64,000 nucleotides of DNA from Myxococcales bacterium SG8_38. GTDB taxonomy: Bacteria > Myxococcota_A > Polyangia > Polyangiales > Houyiibacteriaceae. Below the pieces are notes generated by a model. The model worked only from the letters and a program-made list of their open reading frames with translations, was not told the DNA's origin and made no database searches. A program made the translations under genes and the position numbers. This document shows positions 1 through 11,600 of this stretch, piece by piece (within the stretch, counting starts at the first letter, position 1; every line of letters starts with the position of its first letter). The stretch is from assembly GCA_001303415.1 (NCBI GenBank), contig LJTN01000008.1:4695-68694 (forward strand), in the 5' to 3' direction.

Positions 1-2
1 GC

Positions 3-3000
3 GTCGCCGATACGTACTTCCAACACATCGGCGACCACGAGCGGGGTTTTGCTGCGCTGTGCGAGGCATTCCGAGAAATGCCCTCGGACACGGGGACCCT
101 GCAGCGTCTCGAGCTAGTCGCTGCAGAGCATGACTCGTTCGAAGCGGTGGCCGAGCTGACCGGTGATCTCGCAGCGAGCGTCGAAGACGTTTCCTTGAGC
201 CGGTCGCTTTGGATCAAGACGGCACGGATTCACGAGTCGCAGCTTGGAGATGTAGAGGCTGCAGTCTCGGCCTACCGAAAAGTGCTCGAAGTCGATGCCG
301 CAGATTTCGAGGTTCTCGATGCGCTCGACGCGCTCTACCGCGGTGCGGAGCGCTGGCATGACCTCGCCGGCGTGCTTCGAGCGCGCGCTGAGGCGTGCTC
401 CGACCCCGACGACAAGATCGCGGTCCTAGCAGAAATGGGACGCATTCACGCGGACGTTCTCGACGAGGCCGACCAGGCCATTGCGCTTCAGAACGAAATC
501 CTCGAGCTCGACCCAACCAACCGAGAGGCGCTGCGCACGCTGGACGGCCTGCTCGCACGACGCGGCCTGTGGAGCGACCTCGCTGACAACGTCGAGCGAC
601 AGCTCTCCCTCGTAGACGAGCCGAGCGAGAAGACCGAGCTCATGCTTCGTCTCGCCGAAATCCGCGAGAAACGCATGGCTTCGCCCGACTCGGCCATCGA
701 GATCTATCGCGACGTTCTTGCCAGCGATCCGGACAATCCGGCTGCGCTCGGCGCGTTGGAGCGCCTGCTCGAGTCGTCCGAGCATCAGGCCGCCGTCGCA
801 GACATTCTCGAGCCGATCTACGAACGGAGCGGCGCAGCGGGACGCCTCGCCGAGGTGTACGAGATTCAGGCCCATCACGCGACGTCTCCTGAACGGCGCT
901 TGGAGCTCTTCCACCAGATCGCCAAGCTGCAGGAGTTCTCCTTGGGCGACCTGCATGGGGCCTTCGAAAGCTACGCACGGGCGTTCGGTGAAGATCCGGG
1001 GCACCCGAAGTCCAAGGAAGAGCTCGAGCGATTGAGCGCTGCCGTTGGCGCGTCGGACGCGCTTGCGGCCGTGTACGAGCAGGTGGTCGAATCGGTCGAC
1101 GATCCGCAGCTTGCGGTCTCACTGTTGCTCCGTGCCGCGCAGATCCGCGAGGAGGACCTCGGTCAGCTCGACCGCGCCATCGAGCACTACGAGCGGGTGC
1201 TCCAAACCGACGAGCTCCATCAGCGTTCGGCCGACGCGCTCGAGCGGCTCTTCCAACAAACGGAGCGCTACGAGGATCTGGCTGGGATCTACGGTCGCAA
1301 AGCGCAGATGGCGACTTCGCCGGTCGATCAACGCGAGCAGCTCGTCAAGGCTGCTGCGATCTACGAAGACATTCTCGACAAGCCGTCGGAGGCAATCGCC
1401 GTATATCAGAAGGTCTTGGAGAACGATCCAGAGGACGTCGAGTCGCTGGATCGGTTAATCGAGCTCCAAACGCAGCTCGGAAAGTGGCCGTCTCTGCTCG
1501 AGTCCTACGAGCGCAAGGCGGAGGTGGTTGCCGATCCGGACGTTCGCAAGGAGCTCTTCACGGCCATGGGCCGCGTTCTCGAGGGTCAGCTCGAGGATTC
1601 CGACAAGGCAATCGATGCCTACCAGCGCGTGCTGGAGATCGATCCGGACGATCTCACCGCGCTCGGTCACCTCGACGCGTTGTATGAGGAGACCGCGCAG
1701 TGGCGAGACTTGTTGCAGGTTCTCGAGCGCCAGTCCGACTTGGTGGCCGACGACGACGCGAGAATCGATCTTCGCTTCCGCATTGGCGAGCTCTGGAGGC
1801 GCCAGCTCGAGGATCCGGCGCGCGCCATCGAGATATATCGCGACATCCTGGCCGAGGCGCCCGATCATCGTCCGACGCTCGAAGCCCTCCGTACGATGGC
1901 GCAGGACGCCGTCGAGCCGCTGGCGGCAGCCGAGGTTTTGGAGGAGGTCTATCTGGGGGCCGGTGAGTACCGGAAGCTCGCCGAGGCTCGCGAGGTCAAG
2001 GTGCGCTTCACCGACGATCCGGCCGAGCGTGTGGAGATGCTCCAGCAACTAGCCGAGATCTACGAGATTCAGCTCGAGGATCTGCCCGCGGCATTCCAGG
2101 CTTTCGTGCGGGCGCTTCCGCTCGACATCGACAACGAGCTCACGCTTTCCGCCCTCGAGCGCCTGGCCGAGCAGACGGGCCGCTGGCATGAGGTTGCTTC
2201 TCGTTATGACGAGGAAGTGCAGAAAAGGCGCGAGGAATCGCCCGAGGACGTAGTTCATCTCGCCAAGCGCTCGGCGGTGATCAACGAGGTCCAACTCGAC
2301 GACGTCGATGCCGCGATTTCCCGGTACCAGTTCGTGGTCGACATCGACCCGTCGGACGTGGCCGCCATCGAGGCGCTCGACCGGCTCTACGAGCAGACGG
2401 AGCGCTGGGATGATCTCGCCGCCACGTTGCGGATCGAGGCGGCGGTGGCGACGACGCCCGAGGAAGTGCTGAATCTGCAGTTCCGAACGGGACAGATCTT
2501 CCAAACCCGCCTGGGCAACGTCGATTCGGCGATCGCCCAGTACCGCGAGATCATCGCGGCCGCGCCGGAGTACGCACCTGCCGTCTCGGCGCTCGAGGGC
2601 TTGTTTGCGAGCGGCGTGCGGCCCCTCGAAATCGGCGAGGTGCTCGAGCCTTTGTATCGAATGCAGGGCAACTGGAGCCAGCTGCTCAACGTGCAGGAAG
2701 CTCAGGTCGAGCATCAGAAGGACCCGATCGAGCGCGTGGTCATGATGCACCGGTTGGCCGAGATCGCCGAGGGCAAGGCAGCCGACCACGCCCGAGCGTT
2801 TCTGTGGATGCAGAAGGCGGTCCTCGAAGACCCGAGCCACGATCATTCAATCGGAGAGGCTGAGCGCCTTTCCGCGATAGTCGATGGGTGGACGGAGCTC
2901 GCCAGCACGTACGCGGACGGGATTCAGCAGACCGGCGATCCGATCAGCAAGGCCGAGCTCGGACGCCGCCTGGCGAAGGTGTACGAAGAGCAACTGCAGG

Positions 3001-6000
3001 ATCTGGAGCGTGCCGAGGAAACCTACCGATTCGTCCTAGGTGTCGACGACCACGACGAGAGAGCCCTCGCCGCACTGGATCGAATCTACACCGAGCATGG
3101 CGCTCATCGGGCGCTCGCGCAGGTCTTGCGCAAGCGAATCGAAGGCTGCAGCAACGGCTCCGAGCTGATCGAGCTGCAGTATCGTTTGGGAACGGTCCTC
3201 GATCATCATCTCGGGCGGACCGAAGAAGCGCTCGAGGTGTTTCACAAGCTTCTCGACGATCACGACTCGGAGCACGCACCTTCGATTCAGGCGCTGCAAC
3301 GGATCTATGCGAACCTCGAACGCTGGCCCGAGCTCTTCTCCGCGTTCGAAAAGGAGCTGAGTATCGCGCTCGGGGATGCGCAGCAGGCGGAGATCTTTGC
3401 TCGCATGGCGCGACTGTCGTCCAATCGTCTCCGCGATCCGGACAAGGCGATCGGGTTGTGGCAACGCGTCCTAGACTTGCGCGGCGAGGATCCCGAAGCG
3501 CTCAATGCCCTCGGGGACATCTATGCATCTCAGGGCAACTGGCGTGATCTCGTCGACGTCCTCGAGCGAGAGGCTGCCGTCGCCAGCGATGATGCGTTCC
3601 GCGTCCAGGTCTACTCGGACCTCGGCCGCGTCTGGTACGAAAAGCTCGGCCGCGAGCGAAACGCCATCGAGAACTGGGAACGGGTTCTCGACATCGATCC
3701 TTCGAACACGTACGCGCTGTTCAGCATCGCCGAGATCCAAAGGGCTGGCGGACAGTCGCGTGAGCGGGCCGACACGCTTCACCGGATCATCGACGTGGGT
3801 GCGGCGACTTTGGAGGATGCCGACCTCATCACCGTCTACATGCAGCTCGGTCACATCTATGCGAACGAACTGGGGCAGCCGGCCGATGCCGTCGATGCCT
3901 ATCGGAACGTGCTCAACATCGACCCGGCCTTCTTCGAAGCGCTCGACGCCCTGGAGATCATCCATCGTCAGGAAAACCAGTGGGAAGACGTCATCGGGGT
4001 GATGGAGCAACGGGCTCAGGCGCTCGTCGACCCACGCGACAAGATTCGTCAGCTCATTTCGGTGATCGAGCTCTGGGAGCACCAGGTCGGCGACAAGGAT
4101 CGCGCCGCGGGCGCGTTCAGTCGCATCCTGGAAGTCGACCCGATGCACGAGTGGGCGTTCTCCGAGCTCCAAGCGTTGCACAGGGAGGCCGAGCGCTGGG
4201 ACGATCTGATCGATCTATACGTCACTCGAATCGAAAACACCGAGGACCGCGACGAGCGAATTGAGCTTCTGCGGGCGGCCGCAAGGGTCTACGAAGACAA
4301 GCTCGGAGATGGAGACCAGGCCTACCACACGCTCTACATCGCTTGGACCGAGGACTTCTCCAACAAGAACACAGCCGTCGATCTCGAGCGGGTCGCCGCA
4401 GCCCACGAGAAGTGGAACGAGCTTCTCACTTCGGCAAACCACGCGCTTCAGGAGAATCATGATCCGGAGACGCAGATCGCGATCTGCTTGTGTTGTGCAA
4501 AGTGGTACGGGCAAGATCTCGGCCATCCCGAGTATGCGATTCCGTACTACGAGCAGATTCGAGCGCTCGACCCGAGCAACGCCAAAGCATGGTGGCAGCT
4601 CGGGGACCTCTACGAGACCACCCATCAATGGGACAAGCTCGCGCAGGCGCTCGCCAAGCTCGTTGAGCTCACCAACGACGACGGCGTGAAAGCCGATACG
4701 TACGTGCGCATGGGCGACCTTGCCGATGACCGGTTCGCGATGCGGCAAGAGGCAGAGGACTACTACCGCCGCGCGTTGCAGCTGAAGGAAAAGCACGTGG
4801 GGGCGCTGGAAGCCCTCGAGCGCATCTACCGCGAGGAAGGACGCTCCAACAAGCTGCTCAACATCTTGGAGCGCAAAGCGCAGGCCGTGCAGGACGTCGA
4901 CAGCGTCGTGTCCGCGTTGCTCCAGGTTGCGGAGGCCTACGAGGAGCGTTTCAACGATACTCGGGCTGCCATCGACAACTACGAGAAGGCTGCAGAGCTC
5001 TCACCGTCCAATTTGCGTGCGCTGAGGGGGCTCGAGCGTCTCTACGAGCAAGAAGGACGGTGCCAAGATCTGGTCACCATCCTCGAGCGGGAGTACGAGG
5101 TGGTGGCTACGGAGCGGGAGCGCATCGAGATCCTAATGCGCCTTTCGCAGATGTGGCAGCAGGAGTTCCGCAAGCTGGACAACGCAGCAGAGCGGCTCGA
5201 GCAGGTTCTCGACATCGATCCGTTGCACGACGGAGCGCTGTGCCGCCTCGAGCAGCTCTACAGGACCATGCAACGATGGGACGACTTGGTGCGAACCTAC
5301 GATCGTCACGCGAGCGCAACTGCGGACAACGAAGAGCGCGTTCGCATCTTCCGGGAGCTAGGCGAGGTCTACGGCTCCTACAAGGATGACGCAGAGCAGG
5401 CGATCGACAGTTATCTGAACGCCCTCAACCTGAACGAGCACGACTTGATCAGTCTTCGGGCGCTCGCCAAGCTCTACGAGCGCAAGGGTGACTACGCGGC
5501 AGCTCTAGACGTGTTGGGTCAGATGGCGGCCATCGTCGACGAACCGTCCGATCAGGTGGCGCTCAAGCACCGAATGGGCTGCATTCTGGATCAGGAGCTC
5601 GGCGACCGCGGGGCTGCGTTGGAGCAGTTCCAGGCCGCCGTCGATTTGGAGCCGTCGCATCTGCCGTCGCTCGCCGCGATGCGCAAGATCCACGTGGACT
5701 CCGGGGACTGGTTGGCTGCTGGCAAGACGCTCGGCCTCGAGGTCGAGCATACGGACAATAGCCGAGCCCGAGCGGCACTGCTGGTCGAGCTGGGCAGGAT
5801 TCGGGCCGATAGGCTCGATGAAGAGGCCGGGGCAGTCGACGCCTTCGAGCAAGCCTCCGGAGCAGATCCGGACAACGAAGAAGCGCTCATGCCGCTGGTC
5901 GACGCGTACCTGGCGCACGAGCGGTACGAAAAGGCGTTTCCGCTTCTTCAGGTACTGGTGCAACGCTCGGACAAGCGAGAGGCCCATGAACGGCATCGAC

Positions 6001-8045
6001 TCGCGTTGCTGCTCGGCGAGACCGCAACGAGGCTGGGGCACGCGAACGAGGCTGTCAGCGCGTACGAGCGCGCATACGCTCTCGACGAGGACGATCCGGT
6101 TTCGCTCAAGGGGTTGGCCGGTAGCTATTTCCGGGCGCGACGATGGGATGACGCCTTCAAGTACCATCAGATGCTGTTGGTTCAGCAACGCGATGCCCTG
6201 GGTCGCGACGAGATCACCGAGGTTTTCTACCGGCTCGGCGTCATCAAACGGGAGCAGGGAGAGGACAAGAAAGCGCGAAACATGTTCGACAAGGCACTCG
6301 AGGAGGACACGCATTTCGTGCCCGCACTCCAAGCCATGGTCGAGCTACAGAGCGCGGACGGTGATTGGAGCTCGGTCGTCGAGTACAAGAAGCGCATCCT
6401 CGACGTGACGGACGAGCCGATGGCTCGCGCCGCGCTCCTCATCGAGCTCGGTGATCTCTGGCAGGAGAAGCTCGGCGAGCCTGATGCGGCTGCGGAAGCT
6501 TACACGGAGGCTCTGGACCTCGACCCCGACAACCACGTGGTGCTGCACAAGCTGCTGGTGACCTACCAGGCTGCCGAGCGATGGTCCGAGGCGATCGACG
6601 CGATCGAGCGCATTTGTGAAATCGAGGAGCGCCCAGAAGCGAAGGCCAAGTACACGTATACGATTGGCGTCATTTTGCGCGACAAGCTGGAAGACGAAGA
6701 CGGGGCTCTCGAGCGGTTCAACCAAGCGCTCGACGTCGACAGCACCCAGCTCAAGCCGTTCGAGGCGATCAACAAGGTGCTCAATACGCGCAAGGACTGG
6801 AAGGCCTTGGAGCGGGCATACCGCAAGATGCTCCACCGCATCATCAACCAAGGCAATACCGACCTCGAGCAGAACCTGTGGCACACGTTGGGGATCATCT
6901 ACCGCGACCGGCAGCGCAACTTCGACGCGGCGGCCGAGGCTTTCAGCATGGCTGCTCGCCTCAAGCCCGACGACGCCGTCGAGCATCAGATCCTCGCAGA
7001 GCTCTATGCGACGATGCCAGACCGGACTACGGAAGCCATCGCCGAGCATCAGTGGCTCATTGCGGACGACCCGAACCGGCTGGATTCGTACCGCGCCCTT
7101 TACAAGCTCTATTTCGATGCCCGCGCCTACGACAAGGCATGGTGCATCGCGCGAACGCTTTCGTACTTCCAGAAGGCGGACGAGGAGCAACGGAAGTTCT
7201 ATCAACAGTACAGACAGGATCGCGAAATCCAACCCAAGGCTCGGGTCAGCAACGAAAACTGGGTGAAGGATCTGATGCATCCGGACCAGGACCTCTACAT
7301 CTCCAAGATCATGGAGGTGATTGCTCCGGCGGTGCGCGCTTCCCTGGCGGTGCCCGACAAGAAGCTGAACCTTCACAAGCGCAAGCCGGAAGATCTGGCG
7401 AATCCGAGCTTGGCTCTCGCGCGGCAGTTCAAGCTGGCTCAGGACGTTCTCAACGTCACCATCCCGGTGCGGCTCTTCATTCAGAAGGAGCTTTCGGGGG
7501 CGCTACGTGACGAGCCGCGAAGCAATCCGCCGGCCATCATCACGGGCTACACGCTGCTCTCCGGTTATCGCCCGGTCGACCTCGCTTTCGTATGCGGACG
7601 TCACCTGAGCTACTACAGGCCGGAGCACTTCATCCGAACCATGTACCATTCGCACACCGAGCTCCGGACACTCTTGCTCGCGGCCATGCGGCTGGTCAGT
7701 ATGGGGGGCGGTGATGCGAGCGTCGATTCGACGGCGAAGCAGCTCGCCAAGTTCATGGACCAGCCGCATATCGACGTGTTGAAGCGGGTCGTTCGCAAGT
7801 TCGTGGACGCCGGTGGGCAGGCAGACGTCAAACGCTGGATGCAGGCGACGGAGGTCACCTCGCTTCGAGCTGGTCTTCTGCTGTGTGACGACGTAGAGAC
7901 GGCCGTACGCATGACGCAGCAAATTGCTTCGGAGTCGACCGCGGACCTGGCGCCGCGCGACAAGGTCAAAGAGATCGTGCTCTACAGCATTTCGGAGAGC
8001 TACTTCAGCCTCCGCGAGCAGTTGGGCATTCAGATCAAGGTCTGA
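3..8045 (+). CDS. Giant tetratricopeptide-repeat (TPR) array protein, 5'-truncated by the window edge, with a non-TPR C-terminal domain
   Basis: Track ORF 78..8045 is 2655 aa. The same frame is open from nt 3, and the upstream residues (VADTYFQHIGDHERGFAALCEAFRE) continue the repeat, so the true start lies outside the window. Dozens of degenerate units follow the pattern AI..Y..VLE.DP.....L.AL..LY....RW.DL. The repeat is lost from about nt 7200 to the stop. Confidence 0.9.
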   Translation, partial: VADTYFQHIGDHERGFAALCEAFREMPSDTGTLQRLELVAAEHDSFEAVAELTGDLAASVEDVSLSRSLWIKTARIHESQLGDVEAAVSAYRKVLEVDAADFEVLDALDALYRGAERWHDLAGVLRARAEACSDPDDKIAVLAEMGRIHADVLDEADQAIALQNEILELDPTNREALRTLDGLLARRGLWSDLADNVERQLSLVDEPSEKTELMLRLAEIREKRMASPDSAIEIYRDVLASDPDNPAALGALERLLESSEHQAAVADILEPIYERSGAAGRLAEVYEIQAHHATSPERRLELFHQIAKLQEFSLGDLHGAFESYARAFGEDPGHPKSKEELERLSAAVGASDALAAVYEQVVESVDDPQLAVSLLLRAAQIREEDLGQLDRAIEHYERVLQTDELHQRSADALERLFQQTERYEDLAGIYGRKAQMATSPVDQREQLVKAAAIYEDILDKPSEAIAVYQKVLENDPEDVESLDRLIELQTQLGKWPSLLESYERKAEVVADPDVRKELFTAMGRVLEGQLEDSDKAIDAYQRVLEIDPDDLTALGHLDALYEETAQWRDLLQVLERQSDLVADDDARIDLRFRIGELWRRQLEDPARAIEIYRDILAEAPDHRPTLEALRTMAQDAVEPLAAAEVLEEVYLGAGEYRKLAEAREVKVRFTDDPAERVEMLQQLAEIYEIQLEDLPAAFQAFVRALPLDIDNELTLSALERLAEQTGRWHEVASRYDEEVQKRREESPEDVVHLAKRSAVINEVQLDDVDAAISRYQFVVDIDPSDVAAIEALDRLYEQTERWDDLAATLRIEAAVATTPEEVLNLQFRTGQIFQTRLGNVDSAIAQYREIIAAAPEYAPAVSALEGLFASGVRPLEIGEVLEPLYRMQGNWSQLLNVQEAQVEHQKDPIERVVMMHRLAEIAEGKAADHARAFLWMQKAVLEDPSHDHSIGEAERLSAIVDGWTELASTYADGIQQTGDPISKAELGRRLAKVYEEQLQDLERAEETYRFVLGVDDHDERALAALDRIYTEHGAHRALAQVLRKRIEGCSNGSELIELQYRLGTVLDHHLGRTEEALEVFHKLLDDHDSEHAPSIQALQRIYANLERWPELFSAFEKELSIALGDAQQAEIFARMARLSSNRLRDPDKAIGLWQRVLDLRGEDPEALNALGDIYASQGNWRDLVDVLEREAAVASDDAFRVQVYSDLGRVWYEKLGRERNAIENWERVLDIDPSNTYALFSIAEIQRAGGQSRERADTLHRIIDVGAATLEDADLITVYMQLGHIYANELGQPADAVDAYRNVLNIDPAFFEALDALEIIHRQENQWEDVIGVMEQRAQALVDPRDKIRQLISVIELWEHQVGDKDRAAGAFSRILEVDPMHEWAFSELQALHREAERWDDLIDLYVTRIENTEDRDERIELLRAAARVYEDKLGDGDQAYHTLYIAWTEDFSNKNTAVDLERVAAAHEKWNELLTSANHALQENHDPETQIAICLCCAKWYGQDLGHPEYAIPYYEQIRALDPSNAKAWWQLGDLYETTHQWDKLAQALAKLVELTNDDGVKADTYVRMGDLADDRFAMRQEAEDYYRRALQLKEKHVGALEALERIYREEGRSNKLLNILERKAQAVQDVDSVVSALLQVAEAYEERFNDTRAAIDNYEKAAELSPSNLRALRGLERLYEQEGRCQDLVTILEREYEVVATERERIEILMRLSQMWQQEFRKLDNAAERLEQVLDIDPLHDGALCRLEQLYRTMQRWDDLVRTYDRHASATADNEERVRIFRELGEVYGSYKDDAEQAIDSYLNALNLNEHDLISLRALAKLYERKGDYAAALDVLGQMAAIVDEPSDQVALKHRMGCILDQELGDRGAALEQFQAAVDLEPSHLPSLAAMRKIHVDSGDWLAAGKTLGLEVEHTDNSRARAALLVELGRIRADRLDEEAGAVDAFEQASGADPDNEEALMPLVDAYLAHERYEKAFPLLQVLVQRSDKREAHERHRLALLLGETATRLGHANEAVSAYERAYALDEDDPVSLKGLAGSYFRARRWDDAFKYHQMLLVQQRDALGRDEITEVFYRLGVIKREQGEDKKARNMFDKALEEDTHFVPALQAMVELQSADGDWSSVVEYKKRILDVTDEPMARAALLIELGDLWQEKLGEPDAAAEAYTEALDLDPDNHVVLHKLLVTYQAAERWSEAIDAIERICEIEERPEAKAKYTYTIGVILRDKLEDEDGALERFNQALDVDSTQLKPFEAINKVLNTRKDWKALERAYRKMLHRIINQGNTDLEQNLWHTLGIIYRDRQRNFDAAAEAFSMAARLKPDDAVEHQILAELYATMPDRTTEAIAEHQWLIADDPNRLDSYRALYKLYFDARAYDKAWCIARTLSYFQKADEEQRKFYQQYRQDREIQPKARVSNENWVKDLMHPDQDLYISKIMEVIAPAVRASLAVPDKKLNLHKRKPEDLANPSLALARQFKLAQDVLNVTIPVRLFIQKELSGALRDEPRSNPPAIITGYTLLSGYRPVDLAFVCGRHLSYYRPEHFIRTMYHSHTELRTLLLAAMRLVSMGGGDASVDSTAKQLAKFMDQPHIDVLKRVVRKFVDAGGQADVKRWMQATEVTSLRAGLLLCDDVETAVRMTQQIASESTADLAPRDKVKEIVLYSISESYFSLREQLGIQIKV

Positions 8046-8085
8046 CGAAGCCGAGCGTGCGCCGAGCCCTGGGATGTGACAGGGC

Positions 8086-8565
8086 TTGGGCATGCTGGAG
8101 CTCGTGCTCGACAGCGAAGCCGCAACGATGGATGTGGCGCGCGCGCTTGCCGCGCTGCTCCGAGGAGGCGACGTCATCTGCCTCGAGGGCGACCTCGGGT
8201 CGGGCAAGACGACCTTCACGCGCGGCGCAGTGCACGGCCTAGGTGTCCCGGAGGACACCCCGGTGACCAGTCCCACGTTCGCCTTGGTGCATCGGTATGA
8301 AGGACGGCTTCCCATCGCGCACGCCGACCTCTATCGCTTGAGTGAGGACGCGGAGCTCGAGGAGCTCGGGCTCGAGGAGCTCCTCGAAGAGGGGGCGGTG
8401 TTGTTCGTCGAATGGGGCCGTACGTTTTCGGAGATCGCAGGTCGTACGGTCTTGTGGGTCGAGCTGGAAATCGCTTCCGATCACGGGCGCCGGGCTCGGT
8501 TGCGGCCGCAAGGACCGCGGGGCGACGCGATCATCGACGCGCTTCGGGACCGGCTCGAGGGCTGA
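8086..8565 (+). CDS. tsaE: tRNA threonylcarbamoyladenosine (t6A) biosynthesis ATPase TsaE/YjeE
   Basis: 159 aa. P-loop GDLGSGKTTFTRG, then the conserved SPTFALVHRY and HADLYRL segments typical of TsaE. Confidence 0.88.
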   Translation: MGMLELVLDSEAATMDVARALAALLRGGDVICLEGDLGSGKTTFTRGAVHGLGVPEDTPVTSPTFALVHRYEGRLPIAHADLYRLSEDAELEELGLEELLEEGAVLFVEWGRTFSEIAGRTVLWVELEIASDHGRRARLRPQGPRGDAIIDALRDRLEG

Positions 8566-8635
8566 GGGGATTCCCGGTTGCGGCCCCTTGGACCCTCTGG
8601 TAAGCCGCCCCGACCGCCCTGGCTGAATTGACCCG

Positions 8636-11600
8636 ATGCCCCGCCGCGATGATATCGAAAGCATCCTTCTGATTGGGTCGGGGCCGATCGTCATCGGACA
8701 GGCCTGCGAGTTCGACTACTCCGGCACGCAAGGCGCCAAGGCGCTCAAGGAAGAAGGCTATCGCGTCATTCTGGTCAACTCGAACCCGGCGACCATCATG
8801 ACAGATCCGGAGTTCGCGCACCGAACTTACGTCGAGCCGCTCACCCCGGAGATCCTCGAAGCCATCATTGCGCGCGAGAAGCCAAACGCAGTGCTGCCCA
8901 CCCTCGGAGGGCAGACCGCACTCAACCTGACCCTACAGCTCGCCGACCGGGGGATCCTGGAAAAGCACGGAGTAGAGCTCATCGGGGCAAAGGTCGGTGC
9001 CATTCGAAAGGCCGAGGAGCGTGAGCTCTTCAAGGCGGCGATGGACAAGATCGGCCTTCACAGCGCGAAGGCCGAGGTGGCCCGGACGACGGAACAGGCC
9101 AATGCCATCGCGGAGCGCATCGGCTTCCCTGTGATCTTGCGTCCGTCCTTGACGCTCGGGGGCTCCGGCGGCGGCGTCGCCTACAACAAGACGGAGTTCG
9201 ACAGCGCGATTCGCTGGGCTTTTCAGTGCAGCCCGATCCACGAGTGTCTGATCGAGGAAAGCCTGCTCGGTTGGAAGGAGTACGAGCTCGAGGTGATTCG
9301 CGATCACGCCGACAACTTCGGTGTGATTTGCACGATCGAGAACTTCGATCCGATGGGCGTTCATACGGGCGATTCGATCACCGTGGCTCCTGCCATGACA
9401 CTGACGGATCGCGAGTACCAAAGGCTTCGCGACGCGGCACGGGCCATCATCACCGAAATCGGTGTCGATACGGGAGGCTCCAACATTCAGTTCGCGGTCA
9501 ATCCGGACGACGGGCGGGTCATCGTCATCGAGATGAACCCGCGCGTTTCGAGGTCGAGCGCGCTCGCTTCCAAGGCCACCGGATATCCCATCGCGAAGAT
9601 CGCGGCGAAGCTCGCGGTGGGTTACCGCCTCGACGAGCTCCGGAATGACATCACCGGGACGAGCTCCGCCTTCGAGCCCACCATCGACTATGTCGTCACG
9701 AAGATTCCGCGTTTCGCGTTTGAGAAGTTTCCAGGCGCCGATCCCCGTCTGACCACGCAGATGAAGTCGGTCGGCGAGGCCATGGCGATCGGCCGCACCT
9801 TCAAAGAATCGTTGCAGAAGGCCGCCCGTTCGCTCGAGACCGGACGCGACGGCCTGACCTCCCTGCTGAGCAAGATCGACTATCGCGACCTCGCAGCCCA
9901 GGTGCGCAGATTCGTGGAAAGCGGAGAGGCCATCAACACGGCAAAGCCGATGTTGGCCGACCTTCCTGCGCCCACCGAGGAGTCTCTGCGCGAGGCGATC
10001 TCCGACCTCATTCGGACCCCTCTGGCCGACCGCCTCTGGTACATCGCGGACGGCTTGCGGGTAGGCCTGACCGTGGAGCAGATTCACGACGCGACCGACA
10101 TCGACATTTGGTTTCTGGAGCAGATGCGGCAGATCATCGCCTTCGAGAAGACCCTGCGGGAGTCTGCCGGGCGGCCGCTCGACGTTTCGGTCCTTCGACG
10201 AGCCAAGGAGATGGGCTTCAGCGATCGGCAGATCGGAGCACTTCGAGGCGCGCCGGCGCAGGAGATCCGCGCGGCAAGAGCTTCCCATGGCATCGAACCG
10301 GTGTATTCGCGGGTGGACACCTGTGCGGCCGAGTTTCCCGCGCTCACGCCCTACATGTATTCGACGTGGGGCCTGCAGAGCGAAGCGAGAGAGAGCGACC
10401 AAAAGAAGAAGGTCATGATTCTCGGGGGCGGCCCCAACCGGATCGGCCAGGGGATCGAGTTCGACTACTGCTGCGTACACGCCTCGTTCGCCCTCAAGGA
10501 GATCGGCTTCGAGACGATCATGGTGAACTGCAATCCCGAGACGGTCTCCACCGACTACGACACGTCCGACAAGCTGTACTTCGAGCCATTGACCTTCGAG
10601 GACGTGATGAACATCATCGAGGTCGAAAAGCCGGACGGCGTCATCGTGCAGTTCGGAGGGCAAACGCCACTGAAGCTCGCCGTGCCCTTGTCGCGTGCGG
10701 GTGTTCCAATTTTGGGAACGTCAGCCGATGCGATCGATCGGGCCGAGGATCGCGAACGCTTCGACGAGCTGCTGAACAAGCTCGACCTCAAGCGGCCGTG
10801 CGGAGGGATTGCCAAAGGCACCAAGGACGCCTTCGCCGTCGCGGAGCACATCGGCTTTCCGGTGGTCGTGCGCCCGAGTTACGTGCTGGGGGGCCGTGCG
10901 ATGGAGATCGTCCATTCACACGAAGAGCTCTCGCGCTACATGACGGTGGCGCTCGAGGCCGTCGAGGACGCGGAAACGCAGACCATCCTCGTGGACGAGT
11001 TCTTGAAGGACGCCATCGAGGTCGACGTCGACTGCGTCTCGGACGGCAAAGACGTGGTCATCGGTGGGCTACTCCAACACATCGAGGAGGCTGGGATTCA
11101 TTCGGGCGACTCGTCCATGGCGCTTCCAGCCCACGCGCTTCCTCCCGATGTGCTTGCGGCGCTCCGGGCGTCGACCCGCGCATTGGCTCTCGAGCTCGGC
11201 GTGGTGGGGTTGATGAACGTGCAGTTCGCGGTCCGCGGCGGCACCCCCTACGTGATCGAGGTCAATCCTCGCGCATCGCGAACGATCCCGTTCATCAGCA
11301 AGTCCATCGGCGCGCCGCTCGCGAAGATCGCAGCCAAGGTCATGGCGGGCAAGACACTTCGAGAGCTAGGATACACGCGCGAGGTCGTCACCGACCACAT
11401 CGCCGTCAAGGAATCGGTGTTCCCGTTCACCAAGTTCCCAGGGGTCGACACCATCCTGACGCCCGAAATGCGCTCCACGGGCGAGGTCATGGGCATCGCC
11501 GACAACTTCCCCGATGCGTTCTACAAGGCGCTGCTGGCAGCCCACTCCGATCTCCCCGACGGCGGTAAGGTGTTCATCAGTGTGAAGGAAAGCGACAAGC

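Noticed and set aside
78-80. ATG at 78 as the true start of the giant TPR gene
   Set aside because: The frame is open to the window edge and the upstream codons continue the repeat pattern. The gene is treated as 5'-partial.
8566-8635. Absence of carA upstream of carB as an anomaly
   Set aside because: Separated carA and carB genes occur in many bacteria, and carB-greA linkage is common. Not noteworthy by itself.
8933-10663. 576-aa ORF antisense to carB, plus the 486-aa off-frame ORF 10108..11568
   Set aside because: Arg/Gly/Pro-rich, low-complexity translations that lie entirely inside an unmistakable carB reading frame. These are typical shadow ORFs of high-GC DNA.
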